In this document: positions 1 through 9,885 of the stretch, piece after piece | Numbering within the stretch: the stretch's first letter is position 1 | Layout of the letters: every line of letters starts with the position of its first letter | Source: an uncultured Lentisphaerales bacterium | GTDB lineage: Bacteria; Verrucomicrobiota; Kiritimatiellia; RFP12; UBA3636 | DNA: 54,125 nt | Assembly (NCBI GenBank): GCA_964405775.1 | Contig: CAYOPG010000004.1 | Coordinates: 1-54,125 of the forward strand | Direction: 5' to 3' | Notes under the pieces: generated by a model | What the model was told of the DNA's origin: nothing | The model's input: only the letters and a program-made list of their open reading frames with translations | Databases searched by the model: none | Translations under genes and position numbers: made by a program

Positions 1-67
1 TGTGGCGGTATATCGATGTCTCCATTTGGAGCAACATAGTCGTTTATTTAGTCAATGAAGTCAATAA

Positions 68-97
68 TTGACCTTAGGGAGTATAAGCGTGTATAAT
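68..97 (+). promoter_or_regulatory. Putative sigma70 promoter for the AsmA-like gene
   Basis: TTGACC (68-73), 18-nt spacer, TATAAT (92-97); GGAGG SD before ATG 122. Confidence 0.55.
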
Positions 98-121
98 GCA
101 AAAAGATAGAGGAGGACTGCA

Positions 122-3100
122 ATGACTGAGAAGCCAAACAAAGCCCAAAACCCAATAGACAGAGAATTGCTCGACGACGCGATACAAGAAAAACCGCGCC
201 GGCGTTCGCGGAGTTTCCTGCGCGGGTTTGTGCGTTTTCTGATTATGGCCGTTGTTGTGCTTGCGGCGCTTGTCTTAACGGCGCCCTTAATAATGTCATC
301 AGCTGCGGTACGCAACATCGTGGTCAACAAGATCAATGCAGAAATGCCGGACTCCTATGTAGAGATCGGCAACTGGCGCTGGCGCTGGCGTAGCCCTTGC
401 GGCCTTGAAAACCTAGTGGTGAAAATGCGAGACGGTTCGTTTTCGTGTGCTGTTGATTCTGTCTCGATATCCGAGGGAATTCTGTCGTGGTTGCGCCCTC
501 CTAGGCGGTTCGGCTCGATTTCGGTGAACAGCCCTGCTGTTACATTAAGCGCGTCCGCCTTGCCTGAGGGTGGCGTCAAGCGAGCCACCATACCTTCGTC
601 AGAAAGCAAACGGATTCCAGAGTCAACTTCAACCGCCCCGGCTCAACCGTCAGGGGAAGCGACCGCCAAAGAGGGTGACTATTCTTCTTTTCTGGATTTG
701 TTCGGCAAACTTGTTGTCGTCAACGGCTCTGTGGAGGCGCATGTCGAGGGTTCGCCTTCGGTGAGCATTGGTGGGATTGGAGCCGAGGTCACGTTTGACG
801 GATACGAAGGCAAACTTGATGTGTCGGTTGAAGGTGGGTTGCCTAAGATCGAGGGGGCGGAATCTGTCGGTTCTGACAAGTTTTCAGCTAAAGCGAATGT
901 CGCATCCCTCCGCAATCTTATAGATGATCCAAAGGCAGCGGCTTTCGAGACCGATATCGTGGTGCCTCCAGTCGATCTGGCCGCTCTAGACGCTTTCTTA
1001 CCCATTGACGAGGTGCGTCCCCGCATTACGACAGGTAATGCTGATTTCCGGTTGAAAGTCAATCGTGCTGATAAGTCGAATTTCAAGTTGAAGGGCACAC
1101 TGAGCACTAGTGGCGTACGATTCGAAGGCGGCGCGCTCGGTAACGACAAGCCGGAATGGGATGCCGCCACGGTTGATGTTGATATGCTGCTCGGCGCAGA
1201 CGCTGTGGAAATCAACGCATTGTCTTTGGATTCGCCTTTCGCGATAATGAAGGCGTCTGGCAAGTTGATTGGTTTGGCTCAGGGGGACTCACCGGATGGC
1301 ATGCTGGCGGCGAAAGGCGAGCTTGATATCGCGGCAGTTGCGGCGCAGCTTCCGGAGACGTTGAAGCTTCGAGAAGGAATTGAGCTGCAAAAGGCGGTAG
1401 TTTTGTTTGACGCGGAAGCGGCTGGCCAAAACGGGGGGGCAAAGTTGTTCGCGTTGCTTCGTTCCGACGGAGCCGAGGCGATGCTTAATGGCAAACCTCT
1501 AAAGATTGATTTGCCGGTTTCCCTTGGATTCACTGGAAACGTGTCTAAAGCGCGGGAGATTGAGAGTGCTGTGATTACATTCAGCTCCGAGCCTGCCACA
1601 TTGGCAGTAGAGGGCAATCTGGAGAAGGGCGATGTCAATGGCAGCGCCGATCTGGGGGCGGTGCACGCGGCTTTGGGGCAGGTGCTTGATCTCGGAGCCG
1701 AGCCGAAGGCGATAGGTAAACTCGACATGCGTGGCGGCTGGACCGGTAGCGACGGAGGCATAGCGGTAAACGTCCGTATAGACGGCAAGGATGTGAAGGT
1801 GGCGGGGGAGAAGCCGCTTGAATTCGCCACATGCTCTGTCGATGCATCGGCTCTGTTCCCGACGCTGGATTTCACCTCTGTCAAACAACTCAAAGTCGCA
1901 GCGGAAGTCCCTTTCGCAAAGGCCGCGTTCAACGCTGATGAAATACGTTGGGAGTCCATGGCGTTTAATGGCATCGCCGGAGAGGTTGACGCCGAATTGG
2001 CTCCGCTGATGAAATTGACTGGAGTCGAGGAAGAGAATGCTTTCGCTGATAGGCTCAAGGCTACGGTTTCAGGAGCGACATTTGAAAACGACGACTTGAC
2101 TGTAGACGCATTCAGCGTTGAGGCAGGCCCTGCGGCGGTGAAGGGAGCCGGAAAAGTTAAGGGGCTTCAAACCGAGCGTCAGGCAAGTGCCTCCGGCGTT
2201 TTAGATCTGGATCTGGACACTACCCAGGCATTGTTGGACAAGCGTGGTATCAAGGATGTCAGGGCGGCGGGAAAAAGTTCGCGGCCGTTCAAGGTCTTTC
2301 TGCCTCTTGGAGACGGGACGCGTTACATGCTTGCAAATATGGAGGTGGAGGCGGGATTATCAGTTAATACCCTTGAAGCCGCGGGCATGGCAATAGAGGG
2401 CGCGGATATGTCTGTGGTGGCGGGAGACGGTAAACTTGACTTGCGTGCGGCTGGTACGCTCAACGAGGGCTCCGTCAACGCTGCTCCCACTGTCGATCTG
2501 CTGGAGGAGCCGCCGATTATGACGCTCCCGATCGATTCACTGGTGTTGAAAGATGCCAAGATCACGCAGGATTTCCTTCAGCAACAGCTCTCTCGTGTAC
2601 ATCCCATACTTAGAAGCTGCGCTGTGTTGTCTGGCAGGATTTCGATTGGACTGGAAGAATTCGCGGTTCCTCTTTCAGAGAATATTGCGCAAGGGATGGA
2701 ATGGAAGGCGGCGGCCAACCTCCGGGATACGCGCCTCGCGGCGTCTGGGGTCTTGGAGGATATAGCCGGAGCATTAGGGTTAAAACACAAAGAAGTGACA
2801 ATCACCAATCAAACAATGAGAGTCGCCTGCAAAGGGGGGCGTTTATTCCCAGATCCTCTTGATCTTGTAATTGACGACGAAGAATTGCGCATATCGGGTT
2901 CGGTCGGTCTCGACGGGTCGCTAGACTATATTGTCGACGTAAAGCTAAGCGAAAAAATGGTCGGTTCATCGGCGTACAACTACTTGAAAGGACGCAGCGT
3001 CCGGCTTCCCGTATCCGGCACCGCGAAAAGCCCCAGAATCAACTCGCGCGCGCTCCGTGATGAAGTCCAGCGCCTAATTGCAGGCGTGGCGACTCAGGTC

Positions 3101-3205
3101 ACGACCGAGAAAATAACGGAAGAACTCGGAGATAAACTTAAGGGGAAGGTGAAACAAGAGGACCTTAAAAAGCTGGAGGATGCGCTGAAGAACATAAGGC
3201 TCTAA
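122..3205 (+). CDS. AsmA-like / bridge-like envelope protein with N-terminal membrane anchor (1027 aa)
   Basis: N-terminal TM segment, long beta-rich Gly/Ala/Val/Asp body, AsmA-type C-terminus (GSVGLDGSLDY...LPVSGTAKSPRI). Confidence 0.65.
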   Translation: MTEKPNKAQNPIDRELLDDAIQEKPRRRSRSFLRGFVRFLIMAVVVLAALVLTAPLIMSSAAVRNIVVNKINAEMPDSYVEIGNWRWRWRSPCGLENLVVKMRDGSFSCAVDSVSISEGILSWLRPPRRFGSISVNSPAVTLSASALPEGGVKRATIPSSESKRIPESTSTAPAQPSGEATAKEGDYSSFLDLFGKLVVVNGSVEAHVEGSPSVSIGGIGAEVTFDGYEGKLDVSVEGGLPKIEGAESVGSDKFSAKANVASLRNLIDDPKAAAFETDIVVPPVDLAALDAFLPIDEVRPRITTGNADFRLKVNRADKSNFKLKGTLSTSGVRFEGGALGNDKPEWDAATVDVDMLLGADAVEINALSLDSPFAIMKASGKLIGLAQGDSPDGMLAAKGELDIAAVAAQLPETLKLREGIELQKAVVLFDAEAAGQNGGAKLFALLRSDGAEAMLNGKPLKIDLPVSLGFTGNVSKAREIESAVITFSSEPATLAVEGNLEKGDVNGSADLGAVHAALGQVLDLGAEPKAIGKLDMRGGWTGSDGGIAVNVRIDGKDVKVAGEKPLEFATCSVDASALFPTLDFTSVKQLKVAAEVPFAKAAFNADEIRWESMAFNGIAGEVDAELAPLMKLTGVEEENAFADRLKATVSGATFENDDLTVDAFSVEAGPAAVKGAGKVKGLQTERQASASGVLDLDLDTTQALLDKRGIKDVRAAGKSSRPFKVFLPLGDGTRYMLANMEVEAGLSVNTLEAAGMAIEGADMSVVAGDGKLDLRAAGTLNEGSVNAAPTVDLLEEPPIMTLPIDSLVLKDAKITQDFLQQQLSRVHPILRSCAVLSGRISIGLEEFAVPLSENIAQGMEWKAAANLRDTRLAASGVLEDIAGALGLKHKEVTITNQTMRVACKGGRLFPDPLDLVIDDEELRISGSVGLDGSLDYIVDVKLSEKMVGSSAYNYLKGRSVRLPVSGTAKSPRINSRALRDEVQRLIAGVATQVTTEKITEELGDKLKGKVKQEDLKKLEDALKNIRL

Positions 3206-3297
3206 GCCCCGCGTAATTTGTCATATTATCACCCCTCAAACGGGGCGGTGCCGCTTGCTTAATCGGTAAGTGGAAAACAAAAACACAAGGAATACAA

Positions 3298-3708
3298 ATG
3301 GCTAATAACAAGATAGAAGAAGTTGAAGGAATTGGTTCAGTTAAAGGCGCACAGTTGCGCGAAGCCGGCATCGCGACGACCGATGCGCTTCTTGAGAGCT
3401 GCACGACTTCTTCCATGAGGAAAAAATTAGCGGAAAAATCCGGCTTATCGGAAAAAGAGATTCTCAAGTTCGCCAACATGGTTGATTTATTCCGCATAAA
3501 TGGAGTGGGGTCTGAATACGCAGAACTGCTTGAAGCGGCGGGAGTCGACACTGTCCCCGAGCTTGCTCAACGCAACGTGCAGAACCTGACAGCAGCGATG
3601 GAAAAAGTAAATGCAGAGAAGAAGCTTGTCCGCCGCGTTCCTGTCGAGAAAGAAGTTGCTAAGTGGGTGGAAGAGGCAAAGACTCTGCCACGTGTTTTAA
3701 CGTACTAG
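3298..3708 (+). CDS. DUF4332-family helix-hairpin-helix protein
   Basis: Two HhH-like motifs (IEEVEGIG, LFRINGVGSEYAELLEAAGVDTVPELAQRN). Confidence 0.8.
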   Translation: MANNKIEEVEGIGSVKGAQLREAGIATTDALLESCTTSSMRKKLAEKSGLSEKEILKFANMVDLFRINGVGSEYAELLEAAGVDTVPELAQRNVQNLTAAMEKVNAEKKLVRRVPVEKEVAKWVEEAKTLPRVLTY

Positions 3709-3750
3709 ATTTTTGTAAAGCAGATCTGAGACGGCTGTTTGTCCTGCCTC

Positions 3751-5229
3751 TTAGAATCTGGAAGAACACTTTGCGTTGCAGGTTGAACAGCCTGCGGCGC
3801 AGGATGTGTTTGGCATCCCGCGATCCTCGCCGCTGAGGCAGTAGGTGCAGAGCCCTTCCAAGCCGATGGCCGCCTTTAGGTCGTCGAGATGTTGGAAGGC
3901 GAGAGAGTCTATGCCCAAGCCTTCACGTATGCGAGCGACCATGGTTTTGTACTCATCGCTGTTAGGATCGCGGAAATCTATGGCGTTCGCGCCTTCTCCC
4001 CTCATGTCGTTTATGATACGTCGGGTGATTAGGTCTGTGATGTTGTTTGAGCGCGAGAAGTTCAGGAAATTGCACGGATACAGCAGCGGTGGGCATGCGA
4101 TGCGTATATGCACAGCCTTTGCTCCCGCGGCTCGCATCCGGCGCGTCTGGTCCCGGAGCTGTGTCCCACGTACGATAGAGTCATCGCAGAATACGATTCT
4201 CTTGTCTTTTATCAGCGAAGGGATTGGGATGAGCTTCATCTGAGCAATGCGTTTGCGGAGCGACTGCTCGGTGGGCGTGAAGCTGCGAGGCCATGTGGGC
4301 GTGTATTTTACGAATGGGCGCGTGTAGAGGATCCCCGCTTCCTGGGCGTACCCGAGAGCGTGGCCAACGCCCGAGTCAGGAATCCCTGCCACGGTGTCCG
4401 CATCGATGCCAGAGCGCCTTGCTAGAATCCTGCCGCAGTGGTAACGCGTTTCCTCGACGTTCCTGCCGTTGTACGCCGAAGCCGGGTATCCAAAGTAGAC
4501 GAACAGGAATGCGCAGAGGCGCTCGTTTTCGGCAGGCTGTGGAGGCACAACGGTCTCTATGCCGGAGGCCGTAACTTTTACGATTTCGCCGGGGCCGATA
4601 TCGCGGACTACTTCGAAGCCAAGAGTCGGCAGGCTACAGGATTCAAATGCGACGCAGTAGCCTTCATCTTTTCGTCCAATCACGATTGGCGTTCGCCCGA
4701 ACTTGTCACGAGCTGCGTAGAGGACATTGTTTTCAGCGAGCAACAGTATAGAGCAAGAACCTTCAATCGTGTCATGGACGTATTGAATGCCATCCTCTAT
4801 TGTCGCCTGGGAGTTTATGATGTTCCCGACCACCTCGGTTGGCGTTATTACGCCCGACTGCATGGCGGCGAACTGCGAGTTGTTGTTTTTCAGCAGTTTT
4901 TTTGTTATCTCTTCGATATTTGAGATGCGCCCTACAGTGCCCAGAGAGTAGCGACCGAGGTGCGATAGGAAAATCAGTGGTTGATCGTCTGTGTCGCTTA
5001 TAATCCCGATGCCGGAGCGAGGGTCGTGTTTGGCAAACTCGGCATAGTCGGAATCAAATCGAGTTCTGAATGGGGAGTTGGAGATATCGTGTATGCTCCG
5101 GTGGAACCTGTTGTCTGCCCACAGCGCCATTCCCCCGCGTACCGTGCCAAGATGTGAATGGTAGTCCGTGCCGTAGAAAAGATCTGAGGCGCAATTCTCC
5201 TTGGAGACGACGCCGAAAAAACCGCTCAT
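3751..5229 (-). CDS. purF: Amidophosphoribosyltransferase-like protein (Ser instead of catalytic Cys1)
   Basis: Ntn-type N-domain (RDKFGRTP), PRPP motif VFCDDSIVRGT, Fe-S Cys positions (CAFLFVYF, CPPLLYPC, CTYC); N-terminus MSGFFG. Confidence 0.85.
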   Translation of the reverse strand: MSGFFGVVSKENCASDLFYGTDYHSHLGTVRGGMALWADNRFHRSIHDISNSPFRTRFDSDYAEFAKHDPRSGIGIISDTDDQPLIFLSHLGRYSLGTVGRISNIEEITKKLLKNNNSQFAAMQSGVITPTEVVGNIINSQATIEDGIQYVHDTIEGSCSILLLAENNVLYAARDKFGRTPIVIGRKDEGYCVAFESCSLPTLGFEVVRDIGPGEIVKVTASGIETVVPPQPAENERLCAFLFVYFGYPASAYNGRNVEETRYHCGRILARRSGIDADTVAGIPDSGVGHALGYAQEAGILYTRPFVKYTPTWPRSFTPTEQSLRKRIAQMKLIPIPSLIKDKRIVFCDDSIVRGTQLRDQTRRMRAAGAKAVHIRIACPPLLYPCNFLNFSRSNNITDLITRRIINDMRGEGANAIDFRDPNSDEYKTMVARIREGLGIDSLAFQHLDDLKAAIGLEGLCTYCLSGEDRGMPNTSCAAGCSTCNAKCSSRF

Positions 5230-5570
5230 GGTAATGAATTCCTTTTATGGTGCAGATTAAAGCGACATTGTATCAAAAAGGTTAAGATTATAAAAGAATC
5301 AAGTTATGTGACTTCCCTTTTTTCCGTGATATTGCTCTGAATTACCTTAGAAGCATAGGCCAGCGTCTGCCTTTGTTGCGGTGTGTTGAGCCTGTGACAC
5401 ACGGGTACGCGGGGCGCATCAAAAAACCAAAGAGCAGAAATCGGGAATGTCCTCCGTGGTACGTTTTTTCGGGTGACAGGCAGAGGTTGGGTCTGGTATG
5501 ATACGAACCGTATCGAGGGGCGTTTGGCACCATCGGTTTTATAAGCCTTAATTTGGGGTGTAATAGTGTC

Positions 5571-7046
5571 ATGAAAAAAACTTTTCTTTCTGTAGATTTG
5601 GGGGCGGGTAGCGGCAGAGTGATCGCAGCGGTTTATGATGGAACAAAGATTGCCATGGAGACCGTAAACCGTTTTGAAAACGTACCGGTGAACCTGAATG
5701 GGCATTTTTACTGGAACGTTCCTTCACTGATCTCGAGTATCCGGGCGGGATTGTCAGAGGCCAAGGCGAAATACGGCGAGATCGCGGCAGTGGGCGTAGA
5801 TACATGGGGCGTCGACTACTCTCTTATGGACAAGTGCGGCCGCATGCTCTCGTTGCCGTATGCATACCGAGATGCACGTAATTCGCAGGCCAACATGGAT
5901 GAGGTATGCGGCAAGGTCGGCCGCAGCAACCTGTACAAGACAACCGGCACTCAGTTTCTGGGCTTTAACACCATCTTTCAGCTATATGCCGAGACTCGGG
6001 AGGGCGACTCGCTGATTCCAAAGGCTGACAGACTCCTGTTCATGCCGGATCTAATAAACTTTCTGCTATGCGGTGAAAAGGCTAACGAGGCTACAATTGC
6101 GAGCACGAGCCAAATGATTGACGTAAACACGCGGAGCTGGGCGTTTGATATGCTGGATCAGGTCGGCGTGCCGTCGTGTTTGCTCTCTCACCCGGTGCAA
6201 CCCGGCAAGATGCTTGGCAAAATTATGGGCGTGCCCGGACTCGAAGGCGTGCCGCTTGCAGTCGTCGGTTCACATGACACTGCATCCGCCGTGGCCTCTG
6301 TACCAGCGGATCCGGACTCATCGTGGGGGTATTTGGCGACGGGTACTTGGGCACTTCTCGGAGTAGAGACTTCCAAGCCGGTACTCTCTGATCTTTCGTA
6401 CAAACTCTCCTACACTCACGAGGGTGCTGTTAACGGCAAGTTCCGCTTTCTGAAGAACTGCACAGGAATGTGGATGGTGCAGGAACTTCGGCGCGCGTGG
6501 GGGGCGGGTGGCAACGCTCCGTCGTTCGACGATCTGATGCGCGACGCTCAGCAGGCAGAGCCTTTCCGTTCTCTGATAGATCCAGACTATCCCGAATTCC
6601 AGTCTCCAGGAAGGATGCCAGAGAAGATAGTTGCGTTCTGCAATCGGACTGGCCAGAAGGCTCCAGAAACTAAAGGCCAATTCTACCGGGCGGCACTAGA
6701 GGGTATAGTAATGCGTTATCGCGAGGTCTGGGCGGAACTCGAGAAGCTGACCGGGCGCAAACGCGATGTTCTGCACATGATAGGAGGCGCCACCAAGGAT
6801 GAAATGCACTGCCGTATGGCGACAGACGCCTTGAATGTAGATATTGCATGCGGTCCCGCGGAGGGAGCCGCCATGGGTAATGCTGTAGCACAGATGGTCG
6901 CGACCGGCGACCTTGCCTCTTTTGACGAAGGGCGCCGACTAATACGCGATTCGATAGAGCTTACACACTGGCATCCAGAAAATACGCAGTCTTGGGACGA
7001 CGCGTTCGTCAAATGGCAGGCTCGCAGAGAAATGTCCAAGGGCTGA
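5571..7046 (+). CDS. rhaB: Rhamnulokinase/fuculokinase-type FGGY sugar kinase
   Basis: VDLGAGSGR, GVDTWGVDY, YRDAR, HDTASAV, GTWALLG motifs; ATG 5571 preferred over track start 5553. Confidence 0.8.
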   Translation: MKKTFLSVDLGAGSGRVIAAVYDGTKIAMETVNRFENVPVNLNGHFYWNVPSLISSIRAGLSEAKAKYGEIAAVGVDTWGVDYSLMDKCGRMLSLPYAYRDARNSQANMDEVCGKVGRSNLYKTTGTQFLGFNTIFQLYAETREGDSLIPKADRLLFMPDLINFLLCGEKANEATIASTSQMIDVNTRSWAFDMLDQVGVPSCLLSHPVQPGKMLGKIMGVPGLEGVPLAVVGSHDTASAVASVPADPDSSWGYLATGTWALLGVETSKPVLSDLSYKLSYTHEGAVNGKFRFLKNCTGMWMVQELRRAWGAGGNAPSFDDLMRDAQQAEPFRSLIDPDYPEFQSPGRMPEKIVAFCNRTGQKAPETKGQFYRAALEGIVMRYREVWAELEKLTGRKRDVLHMIGGATKDEMHCRMATDALNVDIACGPAEGAAMGNAVAQMVATGDLASFDEGRRLIRDSIELTHWHPENTQSWDDAFVKWQARREMSKG

Positions 7047-7081
7047 GAATCTCGCACCAAAAAACACGAATCTATAAAAAT

Positions 7082-8041
7082 ATGTTGTCTATGCAAAATA
7101 AGAAAAGAAAAGTCACCATAGTTGGCGCGGGCGCGGTTGGATCCACTTTCGCGTACGCGCTTGCGCAAAGCGGGGTCGCAGATGATATCTGCCTCACCGA
7201 TATGTTTTTCAACTATGCCCTCGGTCAGGTTATGGATTTGGAGCACGGCGAGCCTTTCCTGCCTCAGGTTGATTTTCATGCCGGGAGCGATGCCGATTAC
7301 GCGGACAGCGATATCGTTGTTGTAACTGCCGGTGCTAAACAAAAAGAAGGAGAAACCCGGATAAGTTTGCTAAAAAGGAACGCTGCCATTGTCGAAGACG
7401 TTGCGAAGAAAGTCGCGGCTTCAGGCTGCAATGGCGTTATGGTTATAGTGAGCAACCCGGTGGACGTGCTTACGAAAATCGCGCTGGAGGCGTCTGGTTG
7501 GGAGCGCACGCGTGTTATCGGTTCAGGCACGGTGCTCGATACCGCGCGCTTCAGGCAGGCGCTTAGCAAAGACTGCGGAGTCGATTCCCGCAACGTGTAT
7601 GGCTACATTCTGGGAGAACACGGAGATTCGGAATTCGCCGCGTGGTCACTCACTCATGTTGCCGGTCTGAAGATTGAAGACTACTGCCGAGCGTGCGGCA
7701 AATGCAAGGACGGCGGCATGCGCAACCGCGAGTCGATCGTCCAGCAGGTGCGTGATTCCGCCTACCATATTATCAGCTACAAGGGCTCAACGTATTATGC
7801 TATAGGATTGGCCTTGACGCGTATTGCGAGTGCCATTCTGCGCGACGAGAGGAGCATCCTTTCCGTGTCAATCGCGCTTGAGGGCGAGTATGGTCTGGAC
7901 GATGTAGCTCTCAGCGTTCCCTGCGTGGTCAGGCAGGGCGGCGTAGAGAAGATACTTGTGGCAGATCTGCCGCAGGACGAACAGACAGCGCTCGAAGCTT
8001 CCGCCGCCAAGCTACGGGAAGCGCTACAGAGTATTAGGTAA
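7082..8041 (+). CDS. ldh: L-lactate dehydrogenase
   Basis: GAGAVG Rossmann motif, substrate loop AGAKQKEGETR (Gln/Arg as in L-LDH), VSNPVD, GEHGDS; start 7082 or 7091. Confidence 0.9.
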   Translation: MLSMQNKKRKVTIVGAGAVGSTFAYALAQSGVADDICLTDMFFNYALGQVMDLEHGEPFLPQVDFHAGSDADYADSDIVVVTAGAKQKEGETRISLLKRNAAIVEDVAKKVAASGCNGVMVIVSNPVDVLTKIALEASGWERTRVIGSGTVLDTARFRQALSKDCGVDSRNVYGYILGEHGDSEFAAWSLTHVAGLKIEDYCRACGKCKDGGMRNRESIVQQVRDSAYHIISYKGSTYYAIGLALTRIASAILRDERSILSVSIALEGEYGLDDVALSVPCVVRQGGVEKILVADLPQDEQTALEASAAKLREALQSIR

Positions 8042-8100
8042 AAACTCTTAAGGGCATCCTCCATAGATAATCATAAAACAGATAGTCATAAAGGTGCTAA

Positions 8101-9192
8101 ATGAATGTAGGGTTGATCGGTTGCGGCAACATAAGTGGGGCATATCTGAAAAACGCTCCGACGTTCAGTCAAATGAAAATAACGGCTTGCGCCGATTTAC
8201 GTCCAGAAGCAGCCCAAGCCTGTGTCGAGAAGTTCGGCCTTAAGGCGATGGGGGTTGACGAGTTGCTGTCCGATCCAGCAATCGATACCGTGCTTAATCT
8301 TACGCCGCCTGCTGCGCATTCCGAAATAAACATGCGTGCGCTGGAGGCTGGCAAAACGTCCACTGCGAAAAACCTTTCGGGCTCGACCGCGAAGACGCTC
8401 GCTACGTTATAGATTTTGCCAGCAAGAACAATCTGCGAGTTGGCAGTGCGCCTGACACATTTTTCGGTGGCGGGCACCAGACTTGCCGGAAGCTTGTTGA
8501 TGATGGGCTTATAGGCGATGTCGTGTCTGGAACAGCTTTCATGCTTTGCCACGGCCATGAATCGTGGCATCCATCTCCCGCCTTCTATTATCTTAAAGGC
8601 GGCGGTCCGCTCTTCGACATGGGGCCTTACTACATCACGGCGCTTGTCAATCTGCTCGGGCCAGTTGAAAAAGTCACGGCCATGGCGAACCGCTCTACCG
8701 ATGAACGCACAGGCATAAAGGCCAATGTCGGCAAGACGTTCCCTGTTGAGGTGGATACCCATGTGTCCGCCATATTAAAGTTTAAGTCGGGGGCAGTGAT
8801 TACTCTAATAACGAGTTTCGACGTGTGGAGGCACTCAGGATTTTTGCGATATAGAGTTGCACGGCACCGAGGGTAGCATGCACGTGCCTGACCCTAATTG
8901 CTTTGACGGTGATATACGCATATTTAAAGCCGGTATCACTTCGGACTGGGCTCGTGTGGACAACAACTTTATATACAATGGCAACATGCGTGGAATCGGA
9001 CTGGCCGACATGGGTGCCGCCATCGCAAGCGGTCGCAAGCACAGGTGTAGCGGCGAATTAGCGTTCCACGTGATAGACGTGATGTGTTCGATCTGCGATT
9101 CCGCCGCATCTGGCAATACCGTGCAGCTCGGTAGTACCTGTGAACGGCCAGCGCCGCTCCCCATGGGTCTCAAGTCCGGGGAACTCGATTGA
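8101..9192 (+). pseudogene. Gfo/Idh/MocA oxidoreductase split by two frameshifts (pseudogene or assembly error)
   Basis: Three pieces join into one ~363-aa protein: GLIGCGNIS...EAGK | VHCEKP...DMGPYY...SFDVWRHSG | FCDIELHGTEGS; indels at A4 8353-8356 and T5 8841-8845. Confidence 0.85.
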
Positions 9193-9222
9193 ACAAACAA
9201 GAACGCAAAGGTAGTTTTAAAA

Positions 9223-9879
9223 ATGAAAAAAACGCTTATTTTCCGAGGTGGCTGGAACGGGCCTGACCCCGTTGGAACTTCCGACATTATAGCCGGGCGT
9301 CTACGCGCACATGAAGTGCAGGTCGACATATTCGAAACGCAGGACTGCCTGCTCGACCCGGAGCTTGAAAACAAATACGCCTTGATTGTGCCCGTGTGGA
9401 CGATGGGGTCGATTTCGAGCGAAGCTGAAAAGGCACTGCTCAAGGCTGTCAAAAGCGGCGTGTCGTGCGGAGGGTGGCATGGTGGGATGGACGACGCCTT
9501 TCGCAACAACACCGAATACCAGTTCATGGTGGGCGGCCAGTGGGTGGCTCATCCAGGCGGGAAGATCGACTACACTGTCGACGTCATAGCCAAAGACGAT
9601 CCGATAATGGCTGGCATCCCGGCCAGGTTCAAGATGCAGAGTGAACAGTACTACATGCACGTCGATCCTTCCAACAATGTCCTCGCCACTACGACTTTTA
9701 CAAGCGAGCACGCCTCGTGGATAGCGGGCACGGTGATGCCGGTTGTCTGGACGCGTCGTTACGGTGAAGGGAAAATATTCTACAGTTCATTAGGACACAA
9801 TGTCGAGGATTTCAAAACCACGCCGGAGGTTCAGGAGATAGTAACCCGCGGGCTTCTTTGGGCTCTTAATTTACTTTAG
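9223..9879 (+). CDS. ThuA-like domain protein
   Basis: GGWNGPDP, GGWHGGMDDAF, GGQWVAHP, SEQYYMHVD, RRYGEGKIFYSSLGH; typical neighbour of Gfo/Idh/MocA genes. Confidence 0.85.
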   Translation: MKKTLIFRGGWNGPDPVGTSDIIAGRLRAHEVQVDIFETQDCLLDPELENKYALIVPVWTMGSISSEAEKALLKAVKSGVSCGGWHGGMDDAFRNNTEYQFMVGGQWVAHPGGKIDYTVDVIAKDDPIMAGIPARFKMQSEQYYMHVDPSNNVLATTTFTSEHASWIAGTVMPVVWTRRYGEGKIFYSSLGHNVEDFKTTPEVQEIVTRGLLWALNLL

Positions 9880-9885
9880 CACCGG

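Noticed and set aside
5230-5570. PRPP/ZTP/purine riboswitch upstream of purF
   Set aside because: No conserved core motifs recognised on the minus strand
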